This document shows, piece after piece, positions 20,691 to 32,939 of a DNA stretch of 64,000 nucleotides. Position 1 is the first letter of the stretch; every line of letters begins with the position of its first letter. The notes below the pieces were generated by a model. It did not search any database. It had not been told where the DNA came from and was given only the letters and a program-made list of their open reading frames with translations. Both the position numbers and the translations under genes were made by a program. Source of the stretch: an uncultured Rhodobacterales bacterium (lineage in GTDB: Bacteria > Pseudomonadota > Alphaproteobacteria > Rhodobacterales > Rhodobacteraceae); assembly GCA_964588375.1 (NCBI GenBank), contig CAZPPH010000002.1:980-64979 (forward strand), in the 5' to 3' direction.

Positions 20691-21908
20691 ATGTCGGCGC
20701 CAAAAAAAGTTGTCCTGGCCTATTCCGGCGGTCTCGACACGTCGATCATCCTCAAGTGGCTGCAAACGGAATACGGCTGCGAGGTCGTCACCTTCACCGC
20801 CGATCTGGGCCAGGGCGAAGAGCTGGAGCCGGCGCGCGCGAAGGCCGAGTTGCTCGGGGTCAAGGAGATCTATGTCGAGGATCTGCGCGAGGAATTCGTG
20901 CGCGACTTCGTCTTTCCGATGTTCCGCGCCAACGCGGTATACGAGGGGCTCTACCTTCTGGGCACCTCGATCGCGCGACCGCTCATCTCCAAGCGTCTCG
21001 TGGAAATCGCCGCCGAAACCGGGGCCGACGCCGTGGCCCACGGCGCCACGGGCAAGGGAAACGACCAGGTGCGCTTCGAGCTTTCGGCCTACGCGCTCAA
21101 CCCCGACATCAAGGTCATCGCACCCTGGCGGGAATGGAACCTGTCGTCGCGGACGAAGCTCATCGAGTTTGCCGAACAACACCAGATTCCCATCGCCAGG
21201 GACAAGCGCGGCGAAGCGCCCTTCTCGGTCGATGCAAACCTTCTGCACACATCTTCCGAGGGCAAGGCGCTGGAGGATCCCGCCGCAGAGGCGCCCGATT
21301 ACGTCTATCAGCGCACGATTGCGCCGGAAGAGGCGCCGGACACGCCCGAGTACCTCGAAATCGGCTTCGAACGGGGCGACGCCGTGGCGATAAACGGCCA
21401 TGAGATGTCTCCCGCCGCAATTCTCACGAATCTCAACGAAATCGGCGGCAGACATGGCATCGGCCGGCTCGATCTCGTGGAGGGCCGCTTCGTCGGCATG
21501 AAGTCGCGCGGGATCTACGAAACGCCGGGGGGCACCATTCTCCTCGAGGCCCATCGCGGAATCGAGCAGATCACGCTCGACCGGGGGGCGGCGCATCTGA
21601 AGGACGAACTGATGCCCCGCTACGCCGAACTCATCTACAACGGCTTCTGGTTTTCCCCCGAACGGGAGATGCTGCAAGCGGCGATCGACAAGAGCCAGGG
21701 CCATGTCACCGGCACGGTGCGTCTCAAACTCTACAAGGGCTCTGTGCGGACGATCGGGCGGTGGTCCGAACACTCTCTGTATTCCGAGGCTCATGTCACG
21801 TTCGAGGACGATGCCGGCGCCTACGACCAGAAGGACGCGGCGGGCTTCATCAAGCTCAATGCGCTGCGGCTGAAGTTGCTTGCGGCACGGGACCGACGGG
21901 TGAAGTGA
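20691..21908 (+). CDS. argG: Argininosuccinate synthase
   Basis: [12 protein letters not shown]-binding motif. Full-length 405-aa type I ArgG-like sequence. Confidence 0.95.
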   Translation: MSAPKKVVLAYSGGLDTSIILKWLQTEYGCEVVTFTADLGQGEELEPARAKAELLGVKEIYVEDLREEFVRDFVFPMFRANAVYEGLYLLGTSIARPLISKRLVEIAAETGADAVAHGATGKGNDQVRFELSAYALNPDIKVIAPWREWNLSSRTKLIEFAEQHQIPIARDKRGEAPFSVDANLLHTSSEGKALEDPAAEAPDYVYQRTIAPEEAPDTPEYLEIGFERGDAVAINGHEMSPAAILTNLNEIGGRHGIGRLDLVEGRFVGMKSRGIYETPGGTILLEAHRGIEQITLDRGAAHLKDELMPRYAELIYNGFWFSPEREMLQAAIDKSQGHVTGTVRLKLYKGSVRTIGRWSEHSLYSEAHVTFEDDAGAYDQKDAAGFIKLNALRLKLLAARDRRVK

Positions 21909-21926
21909 CCCGGAATGGGCCCGGGC

Positions 21927-22652
21927 TCACGCGCCCGGTCTGAGCCGAAGGTCGGCAAGCGCCTCATAGTCCTCCATCATCGACGCTGCGACATCCGCAA
22001 GCCTTCCGTCGAGCACCGGCAGCGAGCCTTCCGGGCCAGCGAACCCGGTGGAGGCGTGGACCGCGCCATACCAATGGGCCGCCCAGGGTCCGTCCTCTGA
22101 CCGCCCGCCCGCTTGCCAGGTCAGCATCTTCGCCGTCCACGGCAGCCCGACACGGTCGCAGAGCGCCTCCAGCACCGCGCCGGGGTCTGCGCGAATATCC
22201 GCGCTGTCGAGGATCGTGGGGGTCTGGCCCGAGCTATGGAGGAAGTCATGGATTTCGCGCAGACGGGCAGCGCCAAGATCCTCCGCCTCGGGGCTCTCGC
22301 GCTTGACGGCATAACTCGCCACAACGCGGACGGGGTGGCGGATGAGGATGATGTTGGTCAGCTTCGCTGCCCAGCCGAGCGGGAAGTCCGGAAGCATGTG
22401 GTGCGCCATCTGCTTTTGATAGAAGTGCGGCTTTTCCGCCGGTTCAGTCTCTGAGCAGGCCCGAGCGACGGCATCGGGGTCGGTCAGTCCGGCGGCGATC
22501 GTCTCCGCCGCGAGGGGGTGATCGAGCCCCGTGGCGGCAAGGTAGGCTGCATAGAAAGGCTCGTCCCACACCGCGCAATCGCCCCGGGCGGCGAAGGCGT
22601 ACATCATGGCCGTAGAGAGGTTCCGCGGGCCGGACCAGCAGGCGATTTTCAT
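21927..22652 (-). CDS. Sulfotransferase-like P-loop protein (conserved hypothetical)
   Basis: The N-terminal WSGPRNLSTAMMYAF resembles the PAPS-binding PxxGST loop of sulfotransferases. The assignment is tentative. Confidence 0.55.
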   Translation of the reverse strand: MKIACWSGPRNLSTAMMYAFAARGDCAVWDEPFYAAYLAATGLDHPLAAETIAAGLTDPDAVARACSETEPAEKPHFYQKQMAHHMLPDFPLGWAAKLTNIILIRHPVRVVASYAVKRESPEAEDLGAARLREIHDFLHSSGQTPTILDSADIRADPGAVLEALCDRVGLPWTAKMLTWQAGGRSEDGPWAAHWYGAVHASTGFAGPEGSLPVLDGRLADVAASMMEDYEALADLRLRPGA

Positions 22653-22865
22653 CGCCTGCCAAACTCATCGGGATCCGATTGGAAGCCTCTCTGGCCGGGT
22701 GTCTGGACTGACATTCTCTTCGTCCCTTCCGTAACGGCTTTCGCCTCCGCCCGAAGGCTTGGCCGACCGCGGCCATACACTTCACCAGTTCGTGAACTCA
22801 AGCCACCGTGAATTGAAAGTCCCGCGCGCTCCGCCGCAAGGTCCGCGTCATCAAGGAGGCTTGGG

Positions 22866-23528
<663 letters not shown>

Positions 23529-23637
23529 AGCGCCTTGCGCGGAACCGCCCCCGCTGATCTGCCGGACACGCGACGCTCTGCATTCGCCGCGATGCCCGCC
23601 GTATGAGGCACCGTGTCACGCCGGATGCAATTCGGGC

Positions 23638-25893
23638 TCAGTCCAGCGCACTCGCCGCGAGGACGGCCATGTTCAGAATGTCGTTCACCGTCGAGCCGGT
23701 CGAGCAGATCTGGATCGGTCGGTCGACCCCGGTAAGAATGGGCCCGACGACCGTGGCCCCGGCCATTTCCTGCAACAGTTTCACCGAGATCGAGGCTGAG
23801 TGCCGCGCCGGCACGACCAGCACATTCGCCGGGGCGGTGAGCCGCGAGAACGGATAGGCCGCCATCGCGTTCATGTTCAAGGCGACATCCACCGTGACGT
23901 CGCCTTCGTATTCAAAATCGACCCCCATCTCGTCGAGCACCCGCGGGGCAGCGTGCATCTTTTCTGCACGCTCCGAGCGCGGGTAGCCGAATGTGGAGAA
24001 CGACACGAAGGCGACGCGCGGCTCCAGGCCAAGCATGCGGGCCACGTCGGCGCCCTTCATGGCGATATGGGCGAGATCTTTCTCGTCGGGCCATTCGTGC
24101 ACGAGCGTGTCGGCGATGAGCACGATCCGACCTTTCAGCAGGACTGCGGTCACCGCCACCGCCCCGTCTTCGGCGCGGGCATCGAAGACGTGATTGATAA
24201 GCCCAAGGACATGGGCGGACTTTCGTGTCGCGCCGGTGACCAGCGCGTCGCCGTGCCCGTGGGCGAGCATCAGGGCGGAGAAGACGTGCCGGTCGCGCGC
24301 GGCGAGGCGGTGCACATCCTGCGCATCGTGCCCGTCGCGCTGAAGCCGCTCGTAGAGGAACGCCTTGTAGGCCTCGAAATGCTCCGTGTTCGCGGCGTTG
24401 ACGATTTCGATCTCGCCGAGCGCATCCTCGATCCCGTCAGCGGCGAGCTTCGCACGCACGTCGTCCTCGCGGCCGACGACCACCGCCTCGCCCATGCCTG
24501 CGCGCACATAGGCGACCGCGGCGCGCAGCACCCGGCTGTCGTCGCCCTCGGCGAAGATCATCCGCGCCTGCTTGGCCTTCGCGCGAATGTTGATCGACCG
24601 CAGGATGCTCGCGGTCGGGTCCAGACGCGCTTTCAGCGATTGCTCGTAGGCGTCGAAATCGACGATGGGCCTGCGAGCCGCACCGGTGTCGATACCGGCT
24701 TTGGCCACGGCGGGGGGGATACGGTGGATGAGGCGCGGGTCGAAGGGCGTCGGGATGATGTAATCGCGGCCGAAGGCCAGCTTGCGGCCATAGGCCATGG
24801 CGACCTCGTCGGGCACGTCCTCGCGGGCGAGACGGGCGAGTGCATGGGCGCAGGCGATCTTCATCTCGTCGTTGATGGCGCGGGCGTGTATGTCGAGTGC
24901 GCCCCGGAAAAGATAGGGGAAGCCCAGGACGTTGTTCACCTGGTTGGGGTAGTCCGACCGGCCGGTGGCGACGATGGCGTCTTCGCGCACCGCATGAGCT
25001 TCTTCCGGGGTAATCTCGGGGTCGGGGTTCGCCATGGCGAAAATCACCGGGTCAGGGGCCATCGTCGCGACCATCTCCGGTGTCACCGCGCCCTTCACGG
25101 AAACTCCGAGGAATACGTCCGCCCCCTTCATCGCACCCTCGAGACTGCGAAGATCCGTGGCCACGGCGTGGGCGGATTTCCACTGGTTCATGCCGTCGGT
25201 CCGGCCCTGCCAGATCACTCCCTTGGTGTCGCAGACGATGCAGTTCTGGGGTTTCGCCCCCATCGCCTTCAGAAGCTCGATGCAGGCGATGCCGGCCGCC
25301 CCCGCACCGTTCAGCACGATACGGACGTCCTCGATCTTCTTGTTCGAAATGTGGAGGGCGTTGATGAGCCCGGCGGCGCAGATCACCGCGGTGCCGTGCT
25401 GGTCGTCATGGAAGACCGGAATGTCCATTTCTTCCTTGAGGCGCTGCTCGATCATGAAGCACTCGGGCGCCTTGATGTCCTCGAGGTTGATGCCCCCGAA
25501 GGTCGGACCCATGACCCTCACCGCCTGGCAGAAGGCGTCGACATCCTCCGTGTCGAGCTCGATGTCGATGGAATTGATGTCGGCGAAGCGCTTGAAGAGC
25601 ACCGCCTTGCCTTCCATCACCGGTTTCGAGGCGAGCGCGCCGAGGTTGCCGAGGCCGAGCACAGCAGACCCGTTGGTGACGACGGCGACGAGATTTCCCT
25701 TGTTCGTGTAGTCATAGGCGGTCTCGGGGTTCGCGGCGATCTCTTCGCACGGCACGGCGACGCCCGGCGAATAGGCGAGACTTAGGTCGCGCTGGGTGGT
25801 CATCGGGACCGTGGCGTTCACCTCGAACTTCCCCGGCATGGGATGCATGTGAAAGGCGAGCGCGTCCTCGCGGGTGAATTTCCGGTTGGCCAT
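23638..25893 (-). CDS. maeB: NADP-dependent malic enzyme (malic enzyme fused to a PTA-like domain)
   Basis: 751 aa. N-terminal malic enzyme region (LSLAYSPGVA, FHDDQHGTA, NGAGAAG) and a C-terminal phosphate acetyltransferase-like domain. Confidence 0.95.
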   Translation of the reverse strand: MANRKFTREDALAFHMHPMPGKFEVNATVPMTTQRDLSLAYSPGVAVPCEEIAANPETAYDYTNKGNLVAVVTNGSAVLGLGNLGALASKPVMEGKAVLFKRFADINSIDIELDTEDVDAFCQAVRVMGPTFGGINLEDIKAPECFMIEQRLKEEMDIPVFHDDQHGTAVICAAGLINALHISNKKIEDVRIVLNGAGAAGIACIELLKAMGAKPQNCIVCDTKGVIWQGRTDGMNQWKSAHAVATDLRSLEGAMKGADVFLGVSVKGAVTPEMVATMAPDPVIFAMANPDPEITPEEAHAVREDAIVATGRSDYPNQVNNVLGFPYLFRGALDIHARAINDEMKIACAHALARLAREDVPDEVAMAYGRKLAFGRDYIIPTPFDPRLIHRIPPAVAKAGIDTGAARRPIVDFDAYEQSLKARLDPTASILRSINIRAKAKQARMIFAEGDDSRVLRAAVAYVRAGMGEAVVVGREDDVRAKLAADGIEDALGEIEIVNAANTEHFEAYKAFLYERLQRDGHDAQDVHRLAARDRHVFSALMLAHGHGDALVTGATRKSAHVLGLINHVFDARAEDGAVAVTAVLLKGRIVLIADTLVHEWPDEKDLAHIAMKGADVARMLGLEPRVAFVSFSTFGYPRSERAEKMHAAPRVLDEMGVDFEYEGDVTVDVALNMNAMAAYPFSRLTAPANVLVVPARHSASISVKLLQEMAGATVVGPILTGVDRPIQICSTGSTVNDILNMAVLAASALD

Positions 25894-26022
25894 TGGTCCC
25901 TCCCCGAAACCGTCGGACTTCCCGCTTAGCCCCCCGCATTCGTCCCTTCAACGCGGTTCTTTGGGGTTTTCGAGATAGGGTGTTTTGCCTACACTGCACC
26001 ACCACATCTGGGGTGGAAAACC

Positions 26023-28653
26023 ATGAACATGGCTAAGTCGACCGTCACGCCGATGATGGCGCAATATCTCGAGATCAAGGCGGAGCACCCCGACGATCTC
26101 CTGTTCTACCGGATGGGCGATTTCTACGAGATGTTCTTCGACGATGCCGCACAGGCGGCCGAGGCGCTCGACATCGCGTTGACGAAACGCGGCAAGCATC
26201 TCGGCGACGACATCCCGATGTGCGGTGTGCCGGTCCATTCCGCGGAGGCCTATCTGCTGACGCTCATTCGGAAGGGCTTCCGCGTCGCGGTCTGCGAGCA
26301 GACCGAGGACCCCGCCGAGGCGAAGAAGCGCGGCTCCAAGTCCGTCGTCCGGCGCGAGGTCGTTCGGGTCGTCACACCGGGCACGCTCACCGACGAGAGC
26401 CTGCTCAGCCCGAGGCAGCACAACTATCTTTCGGCGCTCGCCGAGGTGCGCGGCACCTTCGCGCTCGCCTGGGCGGATATCTCCACCGGGGAACTCCGGG
26501 TGACAGAACTCGCCGCCGGGGAGGTGGCGGCCGAACTGGCGCGGCTTCATCCTCGCGAAGTTCTGGTCGCCGAGAAGGTCTTTTCGGCCTGGGAGGGGGT
26601 GATCGGCGAGGCCGGAGCGTCAGCCACGCCGCTTTTCGGCAACGCTTTCGAGAGCGCTGGCGCAGAGCGGCGGCTTCGCGAAGTCTTCCAGGTGTCATCC
26701 CTGGACGCTTTCGGAACATTCGGGCGGGCCGAACTGGCTGCGCTCGGGGCGCTTGTCGATTATATCGTAATGACGCAAAGGGGTCAGTTGCCCCGTATGC
26801 GGCCGCCGAAGCGGGAGGTTCAGGGTAGCTCGATGGCGATCGATGCCGCCACGCGGCGCAACCTCGAACTCACCTCGAAGCTTTCGGGCGGGCGCGACGG
26901 CTCGCTGATCGCCACCATCGACCGGACGGTAACGGCCGCAGGCGCGCGGCTTCTGGAGCGAAGAGTGGCAAGCCCGTCTTGTGATGTCGCGGAAATTTCC
27001 CGGCGGCTCGATGCGGTGGAAGCGATGTTGTCGCACCGTGACATCGCGGACGAAATCCGCGCGTCACTTCGCGGAGTGCCCGACCTCGAGCGTGCGCTGT
27101 CACGGCTTGCCCTCGACCGGGGCGGACCTCGGGATCTCGCCGCGGTGCGCGGTGCGTTGCGGGCAGCGCGGGAGGTCACCGAAAGCAGCGGGTGCGGCAG
27201 GTGGCCGGAACATCTCGGAGAGACGCTCGCTTCGCTTGTCGGGCAGGAAGCGCTGCTCGACCGGCTGGAGACGATGCTGGTCGAAGAGCCGCCGCATCTT
27301 GCCCGCGATGGCGGGTTCATCGCCTCCGGGGTAGAGCCCGCCCTCGACACGGCCCGCAGGCTTCGCGACGAAAGCCGGGGGGTGATCGCGGGCCTGCAGG
27401 CGGAGTATGGCAAGACGAGCGGAGTCTCCTCTCTCAAGATCCGGCACAACAACGTGCTCGGCTACTTCATCGAGACCTCGGCGACGCATGCCGCGAAAAT
27501 GTTGTCCCCGCCACTCTCGGACACCTTCCTGCACCGCCAGACCACCGCGAGCGCCGTGCGGTTCACGACGACAGAGCTGACCGAGATCGAAACCCGCATC
27601 CTGTCCGCGGCGGATGAAGCGCTTTCCATCGAAATCAGTCTCTATTCCGCCCTCAGGGGCGAATTACTGGAGGCAAGCGATGCGCTGGTTTCCGTTGCAC
27701 AGGGGCTGGCGGAACTCGATGTGGTCACGGCTCTGGCTGCACTGGCCGAGGCCGGGGCGTGGTGCCGGCCGGTGGTGGACGACACCCGGGCCTTCATCGT
27801 GGAGGGGGGCCGACACCCGGTTGTCGAAGCCGCCCTGGACGTTGCCGGAGAGCGCTTCATCGCCAATGATTGCGCTCTGTCGGACGGCACGAACGGGGCC
27901 GACATCTGGCTCGTGACCGGGCCGAACATGGCCGGCAAGTCGACCTTCCTGCGCCAGAACGCGCTCATCGCCGTGCTGGCGCAGGCCGGTTGCTACGTAC
28001 CGGCCTCCCGGGCCCGGATCGGTGTGGTCACCCGGCTGTTCAGCCGGGTCGGGGCGGCGGATGATCTTGCCCGTGGCCGATCGACCTTCATGGTCGAAAT
28101 GGTGGAGACCGCCGCGATCCTGAACCAGGCCGACCCGAACGCACTCGTCATCCTCGACGAGATCGGTCGGGGGACGGCGACCTACGACGGGTTATCCATT
28201 GCCTGGGCCACGCTCGAACATCTTCACGAGGTCAACGGCACGCGAGCACTCTTCGCCACCCATTACCATGAACTCGGAGCGCTCACCCAACGGCTCGCCG
28301 GGGTGAAAGCCGCACATGTGGCGGTGACGGACTGGGATGACGACGTCGTCTTTCTCCACGAAGTGCGCCCCGGGGCGGCCGACCGGTCCTACGGGGTGCA
28401 GGTGGCCCGTCTCGCCGGCCTCCCCGACACGGTGATCACACGTGCCCGCGACGTGCTGGCCTCTCTGGAAGAGAGTGAGCGAAGCGGGTCGGAAACGGTT
28501 CTGGACGATCTGCCGCTCTTTTCTGCGGCGCCCGCCGCGGCGCCGGTCAAGGTGCCGAAGACCAGCGCCTTGCTCGACGGGGTCAACCCGGACGACCTCA
28601 CGCCCCGGGAAGCCCTGGAGCTTGTATACCGGCTGAAGTCGGAACTCGGCTGA
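26023..28653 (+). CDS. mutS: DNA mismatch repair protein MutS
   Basis: N-terminal [11 protein letters not shown]...[11 protein letters not shown], Walker [10 protein letters not shown] and DEIGRGT motifs. Confidence 0.95.
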   Translation: MNMAKSTVTPMMAQYLEIKAEHPDDLLFYRMGDFYEMFFDDAAQAAEALDIALTKRGKHLGDDIPMCGVPVHSAEAYLLTLIRKGFRVAVCEQTEDPAEAKKRGSKSVVRREVVRVVTPGTLTDESLLSPRQHNYLSALAEVRGTFALAWADISTGELRVTELAAGEVAAELARLHPREVLVAEKVFSAWEGVIGEAGASATPLFGNAFESAGAERRLREVFQVSSLDAFGTFGRAELAALGALVDYIVMTQRGQLPRMRPPKREVQGSSMAIDAATRRNLELTSKLSGGRDGSLIATIDRTVTAAGARLLERRVASPSCDVAEISRRLDAVEAMLSHRDIADEIRASLRGVPDLERALSRLALDRGGPRDLAAVRGALRAAREVTESSGCGRWPEHLGETLASLVGQEALLDRLETMLVEEPPHLARDGGFIASGVEPALDTARRLRDESRGVIAGLQAEYGKTSGVSSLKIRHNNVLGYFIETSATHAAKMLSPPLSDTFLHRQTTASAVRFTTTELTEIETRILSAADEALSIEISLYSALRGELLEASDALVSVAQGLAELDVVTALAALAEAGAWCRPVVDDTRAFIVEGGRHPVVEAALDVAGERFIANDCALSDGTNGADIWLVTGPNMAGKSTFLRQNALIAVLAQAGCYVPASRARIGVVTRLFSRVGAADDLARGRSTFMVEMVETAAILNQADPNALVILDEIGRGTATYDGLSIAWATLEHLHEVNGTRALFATHYHELGALTQRLAGVKAAHVAVTDWDDDVVFLHEVRPGAADRSYGVQVARLAGLPDTVITRARDVLASLEESERSGSETVLDDLPLFSAAPAAAPVKVPKTSALLDGVNPDDLTPREALELVYRLKSELG

Positions 28654-28657
28654 GGGT

Positions 28658-28687
28658 ATCCCGGGCTCGGCCCGGGACTTCTTTCAA
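28658..28687 (+). terminator. Likely intrinsic terminator downstream of mutS
   Basis: TCCCGGGC-TCG-GCCCGGGA 8-bp stem followed by a T-rich tail, CTTCTTTC. Confidence 0.5.
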
Positions 28688-28719
28688 CCAGCGAGAGGTA
28701 ACGATACGTTCAGCCTTGC

Positions 28720-29307
28720 CTAAGTCTGAGCTGGCATCGAGCTTACGCCAACCTGTGCGGGCCGCAGCAGCCGGTCGTGCAGAACGAAGCCGTCGGCCAT
28801 GACCTGAATGATCTCGCCCGCCCGTGTTCCCGGAACCGGCGCCTCGAACATTGCCTGATGGAGCTGCGGGTCGAATTTTTCGCCGACTTCCGGCGTAACG
28901 GGTTCGATTCCGTGCTTGCGGAACACGCTGATGAGCTCCTTCATCGTCAGCTCCACGCCTTCGATCAGCGCGCCCGAGACTTCACGTTGCTCATCGGTCG
29001 CCGTCTCCAGGGCCCGCTTCAAGTTATCGAATACTGGCAGCAGGTCACGCGAGAGCTTCGCCCCGCCATATTGCTCGGCCTCGCGCCGGTCGCGGTCGCC
29101 CCGCTTGCGGGCGTTTTCGGCATCCGCCAGCGCACGCATGAACCGGTCGCGCATCTCGTCGCGCTCATTGGTGAGTTGTTCGATAATATCTCCAAGGTCT
29201 TCCGCGACATCGGTTTCGCCTTCGACCAGAGGTTCGTCTTCTGCCGCATCGACCCCGGGGTCGTGCATCTTGATGTCTTCGTCGTCTTTCTTCTTCGCCT
29301 CAGCCAT
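28720..29307 (-). CDS. grpE: Nucleotide exchange factor GrpE
   Basis: Acidic N-terminus then RALADAENARKR and the C-terminal GFVLHDRLLRPAQVGV. ATG at 29307. Confidence 0.9.
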   Translation of the reverse strand: MAEAKKKDDEDIKMHDPGVDAAEDEPLVEGETDVAEDLGDIIEQLTNERDEMRDRFMRALADAENARKRGDRDRREAEQYGGAKLSRDLLPVFDNLKRALETATDEQREVSGALIEGVELTMKELISVFRKHGIEPVTPEVGEKFDPQLHQAMFEAPVPGTRAGEIIQVMADGFVLHDRLLRPAQVGVSSMPAQT

Positions 29308-29319
29308 GTACCTCACCCG

Positions 29320-30384
29320 TCATCCGCGGTCGGAGAGAATCTTGCCCACAAGCTGCGCCGTGTAATCGACGATGGGAACGATCCGCCCGTAATTGAGGCG
29401 GGTGGGGCCTATCACGCCCACCGCGCCGATGATCTTGCGATCCGAGTTCATATAAGGAGAGACCACCAGAGAGGAACCGGAAAGTGAGAATAACTTGTTC
29501 TCCGATCCGATAAAAATTCGCACCCCGTCCCCTTCCTGGGTGAGGTCGAGAAACTCTGCGATGTCGCGCTTCCGCTCGAGATCGTCGAACAGGGTGCGGA
29601 TGCGCTCGAGCTCCTCGCTTTCGGCTCCTTCTTCGAGAAGGTTCGATCTTCCCCTGACGATCAGGCGTTCCTGCGCCTGTCCGTCGTTTTCCCAGATAGC
29701 CTGACCGGTCTCGACGAGATCGCGGGCGAGACTGTCGAGTTCCTGTCTGCGGGTCCGGATCTCCTTGCGGACAACGTCGGCGAGTTCGGGCAGCGTGTGA
29801 CCTTCGGCTATGGCGTTGAGAAAATTCGCGGCTTCCCGCATCGACGCCGGGGTTTGCCCGAGAGGAGGGCGGAAAACGCGGTTCTCGACGTGGCCATCCG
29901 CGAAGACGAGGACGACGAGGGCGCGGTCAGGCGCGAGGGAAACGAATTCGACATGTCGTATCGGGGCTTCGTATTTCGGGGCGAGGACGAGGCTTGCCCC
30001 CCGGGTGATACCCGAGAGCGCCGAGCCCACCCTGTCGAGAAGTGTCCCGACGTCGCCCTCGTTGGTGCCGAGCGTCTTGTCGATGCGCTCGCGGTCGGTC
30101 TCGGTAAGATCGCCCATTTCGAGAAGGCCGTCGACGAACATGCGAAGCCCCGCCTGGGTCGGCACCCGGCCCGCGGACACATGAGGGCTGCCCAGAAGGC
30201 CGAGCAGCTCCAGATCCTGCATCACGTTGCGCACGGTGGCCGCCGAGACCTGCTCGGACATCGTTCGCGTCAGGGTGCGCGAGCCTACGGGATCTCCACT
30301 GTCCAGATAACCCTCGACAACGCGCCGGAAGACCTCACGACTGCGCTCGTTGAGTTCAGAAAGGCTGGGCGTTCCGTCGGTCAT
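29320..30384 (-). CDS. hrcA: Heat-inducible transcription repressor HrcA
   Basis: ELNERSREVFRRVVEGYLDSGDPVGSRTL N-terminus, directly upstream of grpE. ATG at 30384. Confidence 0.9.
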   Translation of the reverse strand: MTDGTPSLSELNERSREVFRRVVEGYLDSGDPVGSRTLTRTMSEQVSAATVRNVMQDLELLGLLGSPHVSAGRVPTQAGLRMFVDGLLEMGDLTETDRERIDKTLGTNEGDVGTLLDRVGSALSGITRGASLVLAPKYEAPIRHVEFVSLAPDRALVVLVFADGHVENRVFRPPLGQTPASMREAANFLNAIAEGHTLPELADVVRKEIRTRRQELDSLARDLVETGQAIWENDGQAQERLIVRGRSNLLEEGAESEELERIRTLFDDLERKRDIAEFLDLTQEGDGVRIFIGSENKLFSLSGSSLVVSPYMNSDRKIIGAVGVIGPTRLNYGRIVPIVDYTAQLVGKILSDRG

Positions 30385-30394
30385 GACAGAACGG

Positions 30395-30423
30395 AGATAA
30401 GTGCCATGGGTGACCGGCGTCAA
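30395..30423 (-). promoter_or_regulatory. Putative promoter of hrcA-grpE
   Basis: The minus strand reads TTGACG-N16-CTTATCT. The -10-like element ends only about 10 nt before the hrcA ATG, implying a very short or absent leader. Motif-only call. No CIRCE inverted repeat seen here. Confidence 0.3.
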
Positions 30424-30485
30424 TCGGGCTTGCAAGCCGGGGGCGGGCCCCGGTATTGGGCGGGCACCCTTGGAGAGGATATTTC

Positions 30486-31199
30486 ATGCGCCCGTCCGGC
30501 AGAGCAACGAACGAAATGCGGCCTGTCTCGATCGAGACAGGCATTACCCGGCACGCCGAGGGCTCCTGCCTCATTCGTTGCGGTGACACTCATGTGCTCT
30601 GCACGGCGAGTGTTGACGCGAAGGTGCCGCACTGGATGAAGAACTCCGGCCTCGGCTGGGTAACTGCGGAGTACGGAATGCTGCCGCGGGCGACCCATAG
30701 CCGCATGCGGCGTGAAGCGAAGAACGGGCAGTCTGGCAGAACGCAGGAAATTCAAAGGCTTATTGGCCGATCACTGCGGGCCGGGGTCGACCGGGTAGCG
30801 CTCGGCGAGCGTATGATCACGGTCGATTGCGATGTCATTCAGGCCGATGGCGGCACACGTTGTGCGGCAATCAGCGGGGGCTGGGTGGCGCTGAGGCTGG
30901 CGGTCGACCGGTTGATGGCGGCGGGCGACATTTCATCCGACCCGCTCACCGATCATGTCGCAGCGGTCTCCTGTGGGGTCTACGGTGGACAGACCGTTCT
31001 CGACCTTGACTACCCCGAGGACAGTGAGGCTGGCGTGGATGGCAATTTCGTGATGACCGGCGCGGGGCGGCTGGTCGAAGTCCAGATGTCGGCGGAAGGC
31101 TCGACCTTCTCGCGTGACGAACTGTCTGCGCTCATAGACCTCGCTTCGGCGGGGAGCGGTGAGCTCGTGACGGCACAGAAGGAGGCTACCGGACGTTGA
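30486..31199 (+). CDS. rph: Ribonuclease PH
   Basis: [42 protein letters not shown] is a canonical RNase PH N-terminus. Confidence 0.95.
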   Translation: MRPSGRATNEMRPVSIETGITRHAEGSCLIRCGDTHVLCTASVDAKVPHWMKNSGLGWVTAEYGMLPRATHSRMRREAKNGQSGRTQEIQRLIGRSLRAGVDRVALGERMITVDCDVIQADGGTRCAAISGGWVALRLAVDRLMAAGDISSDPLTDHVAAVSCGVYGGQTVLDLDYPEDSEAGVDGNFVMTGAGRLVEVQMSAEGSTFSRDELSALIDLASAGSGELVTAQKEATGR

Positions 31200-31804
31200 G
31201 GCGGTTCGAAGGAGATACTCTGCTCGTCGCCACGCACAATGCCGGCAAACTCGAGGAAATCTCGGCTCTTCTCGAACCATTGGGGATCGCGGTGACGTCC
31301 GCGAAGGAACACGGATTGCCGGAGCCCGAAGAAGTCGGGACAAGCTTCGTGGAAAATGCGCGGATCAAGGCCCACGCGGCGGCGCGTGCCACCGGGCTTC
31401 CGGCGCTTTCTGACGATTCCGGCATAGAGATTGATGCGCTCGGCGGAGCGCCGGGGGTTTATACCGCCGATTGGGCGGAGACGCCGGATGGCCGGGATTT
31501 CGCCCTGGCGATGCGCCGGACGTGGGAGCGGATCGGCCGCTCGGGTGTTGAGCCGCCCTTTCCCGCGCGGTTTCGCGCAACGCTTGTACTTGCCTGGCCG
31601 GACGGTCATGACGAAGTGTTCGAGGGTAAGGCGGAGGGTCAAATCGTATGGCCAATGCGCGGCGACCAGGGCCATGGTTACGACCCGATTTTTCAGCCCG
31701 AGGGCTTCGATATCACGTTCGGCGAAATGGATCGGTGGGAAAAGAACCGTCGGTCGCACCGGGCTGATGCCTTCGGAAAGCTGGTCGCGGCCCTTGGGCG
31801 CTGA
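31196..31804 (+). CDS. rdgB: Non-canonical purine NTP pyrophosphatase RdgB/HAM1
   Basis: [13 protein letters not shown] and the GYDPIF motif. TTG start overlapping the rph stop. Confidence 0.9.
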   Translation: MRRFEGDTLLVATHNAGKLEEISALLEPLGIAVTSAKEHGLPEPEEVGTSFVENARIKAHAAARATGLPALSDDSGIEIDALGGAPGVYTADWAETPDGRDFALAMRRTWERIGRSGVEPPFPARFRATLVLAWPDGHDEVFEGKAEGQIVWPMRGDQGHGYDPIFQPEGFDITFGEMDRWEKNRRSHRADAFGKLVAALGR

Positions 31805-31814
31805 ACCGTGGCAG

Positions 31815-32939
31815 ATGGCGGGCTTCGGGCTCTACGTGCACTGGCCATTCTGCCAGTCGAAATGCCCTTACTGCGACTTCAATTCCCACGTGGTCGGGTC
31901 CGTGGATCAGGACGCCTGGGCGCGGGCCCTGCTCTCCGAGATCTACCGGGTCGGGAGGGAGTTGGGCCGCAGACCGCTCTCGACGATCTTCTTCGGCGGC
32001 GGAACTCCCAGCCTGATGCCCGACTCGACCGTGGCAGCCGTGATCGAGGCGGCGACGGACGTCTTCGCCCCGACGAACGACCTTGAGATCACGCTCGAGG
32101 CCAACCCGGGTTCGGTCGAGGCAGGTCGGTTCCGTGGCTATCGTGCGGCGGGCGTCAACCGGGTATCTCTTGGTGTACAGGCCCTGCGCAATGATGCCCT
32201 GCGGGCGCTGGGGCGGCTTCATTCCGCGGCAGAGGCCCGCACCGCGCTCGAGGTCGCCGTGAACACCTTCGACCGGGTGAGTTTCGACCTCATTTATGCG
32301 CGTCAGGGCCAGACGGTGGCAGAGTGGGAGGGGGAGCTTGCCGAGGCGCTTGCCCTGAACACCGGTCATCTCTCACTCTACCAGCTGACCATAGAGCCCG
32401 GCACCGCGTTCGGCGATCGCTTCGCACGAGGTCGCCTCCCCGGTCTTCCCGATGAGGAAGCCGGCGCGGACATGTACGAGTTGACACAGGCGCTCACGCT
32501 CGCTGCCGGCCTGCCGGCTTACGAAATCTCGAACCACGCGCGGCCCGGTTCAGAATGTAAACACAATCTGATTTATTGGCGCTCGGGTGATTACGCCGGA
32601 ATCGGTCCCGGTGCCCACGGCAGGCTGACTTCCGGACAACACAGATACGCCACCGAAGCGATCCGTGCCCCGGGTGCCTGGCTCGACTCCGTCATCGCGC
32701 ACGGTACGGGTGAGGCGGCGCGCTCAATCGTCCCGGAGGAAGAACAACTCGAGGAGAGGCTGATGATGGGGTTGCGGCTGGTCGAGGGCATCGACCTCGC
32801 CACCCTCCCCGGACTCGATCAGGAGCGCCTCGCCGGCCTTGAGCGCGGCGGCTGGATCTCGCGAAAGGACAGGGCTCTCGCGGCGACCCCTGCGGGCCGT
32901 CCGGTTCTTGACGCTGTCCTCAGGGAGATCCTCGCCTAG
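31815..32939 (+). CDS. hemW: Radical SAM heme chaperone HemW (HemN-like, oxygen-independent CPO-related)
   Basis: LYVHWPFCQSKCPYCDF radical SAM CxxxCxxC motif. ATG at 31815 inside track ORF 31431..32939. Confidence 0.9.
   Translation: MAGFGLYVHWPFCQSKCPYCDFNSHVVGSVDQDAWARALLSEIYRVGRELGRRPLSTIFFGGGTPSLMPDSTVAAVIEAATDVFAPTNDLEITLEANPGSVEAGRFRGYRAAGVNRVSLGVQALRNDALRALGRLHSAAEARTALEVAVNTFDRVSFDLIYARQGQTVAEWEGELAEALALNTGHLSLYQLTIEPGTAFGDRFARGRLPGLPDEEAGADMYELTQALTLAAGLPAYEISNHARPGSECKHNLIYWRSGDYAGIGPGAHGRLTSGQHRYATEAIRAPGAWLDSVIAHGTGEAARSIVPEEEQLEERLMMGLRLVEGIDLATLPGLDQERLAGLERGGWISRKDRALAATPAGRPVLDAVLREILA

Noticed and set aside
30385-30485. Looked for a CIRCE element (TTAGCACTC-N9-GAGTGCTAA) upstream of hrcA-grpE.
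   Set aside because: No match or near match is present in the hrcA/rph gap. In alphaproteobacteria CIRCE is usually at groESL, which is not in this window.
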